Below, in pieces: positions 63,061 to 64,000 of a stretch of 64,000 nt of DNA. Under the pieces are notes generated by a model that saw only the letters and a program-made list of their open reading frames with translations, made no database searches and was not told the origin of the DNA. The DNA lies in NCBI GenBank assembly GCA_964016885.1, contig OZ024755.1, positions 44,950,001-45,014,000 of the forward strand, given 5' to 3'. A program made the translations under genes and the position numbers. The DNA is from Eledone cirrhosa (lineage: Eukaryota). Numbering within the stretch: the first letter of the stretch is position 1; each line of letters opens with the position of its first letter.

Positions 63061-64000
63061 GTACCCACATATACTGTGTACCACAGTTGACACTAACCAC
63101 ATATACTGTGTACCACAGTTGACAGTACCAACATATACTGTGTACCACAGTTGACAGTACCAACATATACTGTATACCACAGTTGACAGTTCCAACATAT
63201 ATGGTGTACCATTGTTGACACTACCGACATATACTGTGTAGCACAGTTGACAGTACCAACATATACTGTGTACCACAGTTGACAGTACCAACGTAAACTG
63301 TGTGCCACAGTTGACAGTACCCACATATACTGGGTACCACAGTTGACAATACCATCATATATTGTGTACCACAGTAGACACTACCAACATAAACTGTGTA
63401 CCACAGTTGACAGTACCAATATATACTGTGTACCACAGTTGGCAGTACCAACATATACTGTGTACCACAGTTGACAGTACCAACATATACTGTGTACCAC
63501 ATTTGACAGAACCAACAATTACTGTGTACCACAGTTGACAGTACCAACATATACTGTGTGCCACTGTTCACAGTACCACAGTTGACAATACCAACTTATA
63601 CAGTACCAACATATACTGTGTACCATAGTTGACAGTACCAACTTATACAGTGTACCGCAGTTGACAGTACCAACATATACTGTGTACCATACATGAGAGT
63701 ACCAACGCATACTGTGTACCTCAGTTGACAGTACCAACATATACTGTGTACCAGAGTTGAGAGTACCAACATATACTGTGTACCACTGTTGACAGTACCA
63801 ACATATACTGTGTACCACATTTGACAGTACCAACGTATACTGTGTACCACAGTTGAGAGTACTAATATATACTGTGTACCACAGTTGACAGTACCAACAT
63901 ATACTGTGTACCACAGTTGACAGTACTAACATATACTGTGTACCACATGTGACAGTATCCACGTATATGTGTACCAGAGTTGATAGTATCAACGTAATGT

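Larger units (their letters stand above)
1..64000 (+). repeat. Tandem satellite DNA array, 32-bp monomer TACCACAGTTGACAGTACCAACATATACTGTG, about 2,000 head-to-tail copies running off both window ends
   Basis: Read directly: positions 1-32 and 33-64 are identical consensus monomers and the unit recurs on every line. Most monomers differ from consensus by only a few substitutions, with occasional 1-4 bp indels. No inverted monomers or unique inserts were seen. Confidence 0.99.

Noticed and set aside
266-63992. Hundreds of ORFs in the six-frame track as protein-coding genes
   Set aside because: All are translations of the satellite. They overlap in three frames with the same cyclic peptide, have no unique domain, and start or stop at random point variants.
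1-64000. CRISPR array (32-bp, partly palindromic repeat)
   Set aside because: Repeats abut directly with no unique spacers, leader or cas genes.
1-64000. Telomeric repeat, tRNA or rRNA-derived array, or embedded transposon
   Set aside because: There is no G-run telomere motif, no recognisable structural-RNA sequence, and no terminal repeats, target-site duplications or non-satellite segment anywhere in the window.
1-64000. Rolling-circle or sequencing concatemer artefact, or synthetic construct
   Set aside because: Variants are shared in ordered haplotypes across multi-kb duplications of differing divergence, which fits an evolved array rather than random read error or design.

Overview
The whole 64 kb window is one uninterrupted head-to-tail array of a 32-bp satellite monomer (+ strand consensus TACCACAGTTGACAGTACCAACATATACTGTG, 13/32 GC, about 2,000 copies, all in one orientation). 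I found no unique sequence, genuine gene, RNA gene, transposon or CRISPR spacer. The ORF-track proteins are artefacts: the minus strand of the monomer has no stop codon and 32 is not a multiple of 3, so all three frames read the same cyclic 32-aa peptide. The interesting content is structural. The monomer consists of two GTACCA-initiated sub-units (15+17 bp) and carries overlapping inverted repeats. Variant monomers often change both arms of the main hairpin so that pairing is kept. One site shows a CpG/CpA/TpG/TpA series suggestive of methylation decay. Variant haplotypes reveal nested higher-order repeats and duplications at 256/288/320 bp, about 1.3-1.6 kb, 2.2-2.4 kb, 3.1 kb, 7.0 kb, 8.16 kb and 8.44 kb. 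The window is most consistent with eukaryotic heterochromatic satellite DNA; the organism and satellite family cannot be identified from the sequence alone. Block boundaries are approximate, read by eye and from ORF-track offsets.
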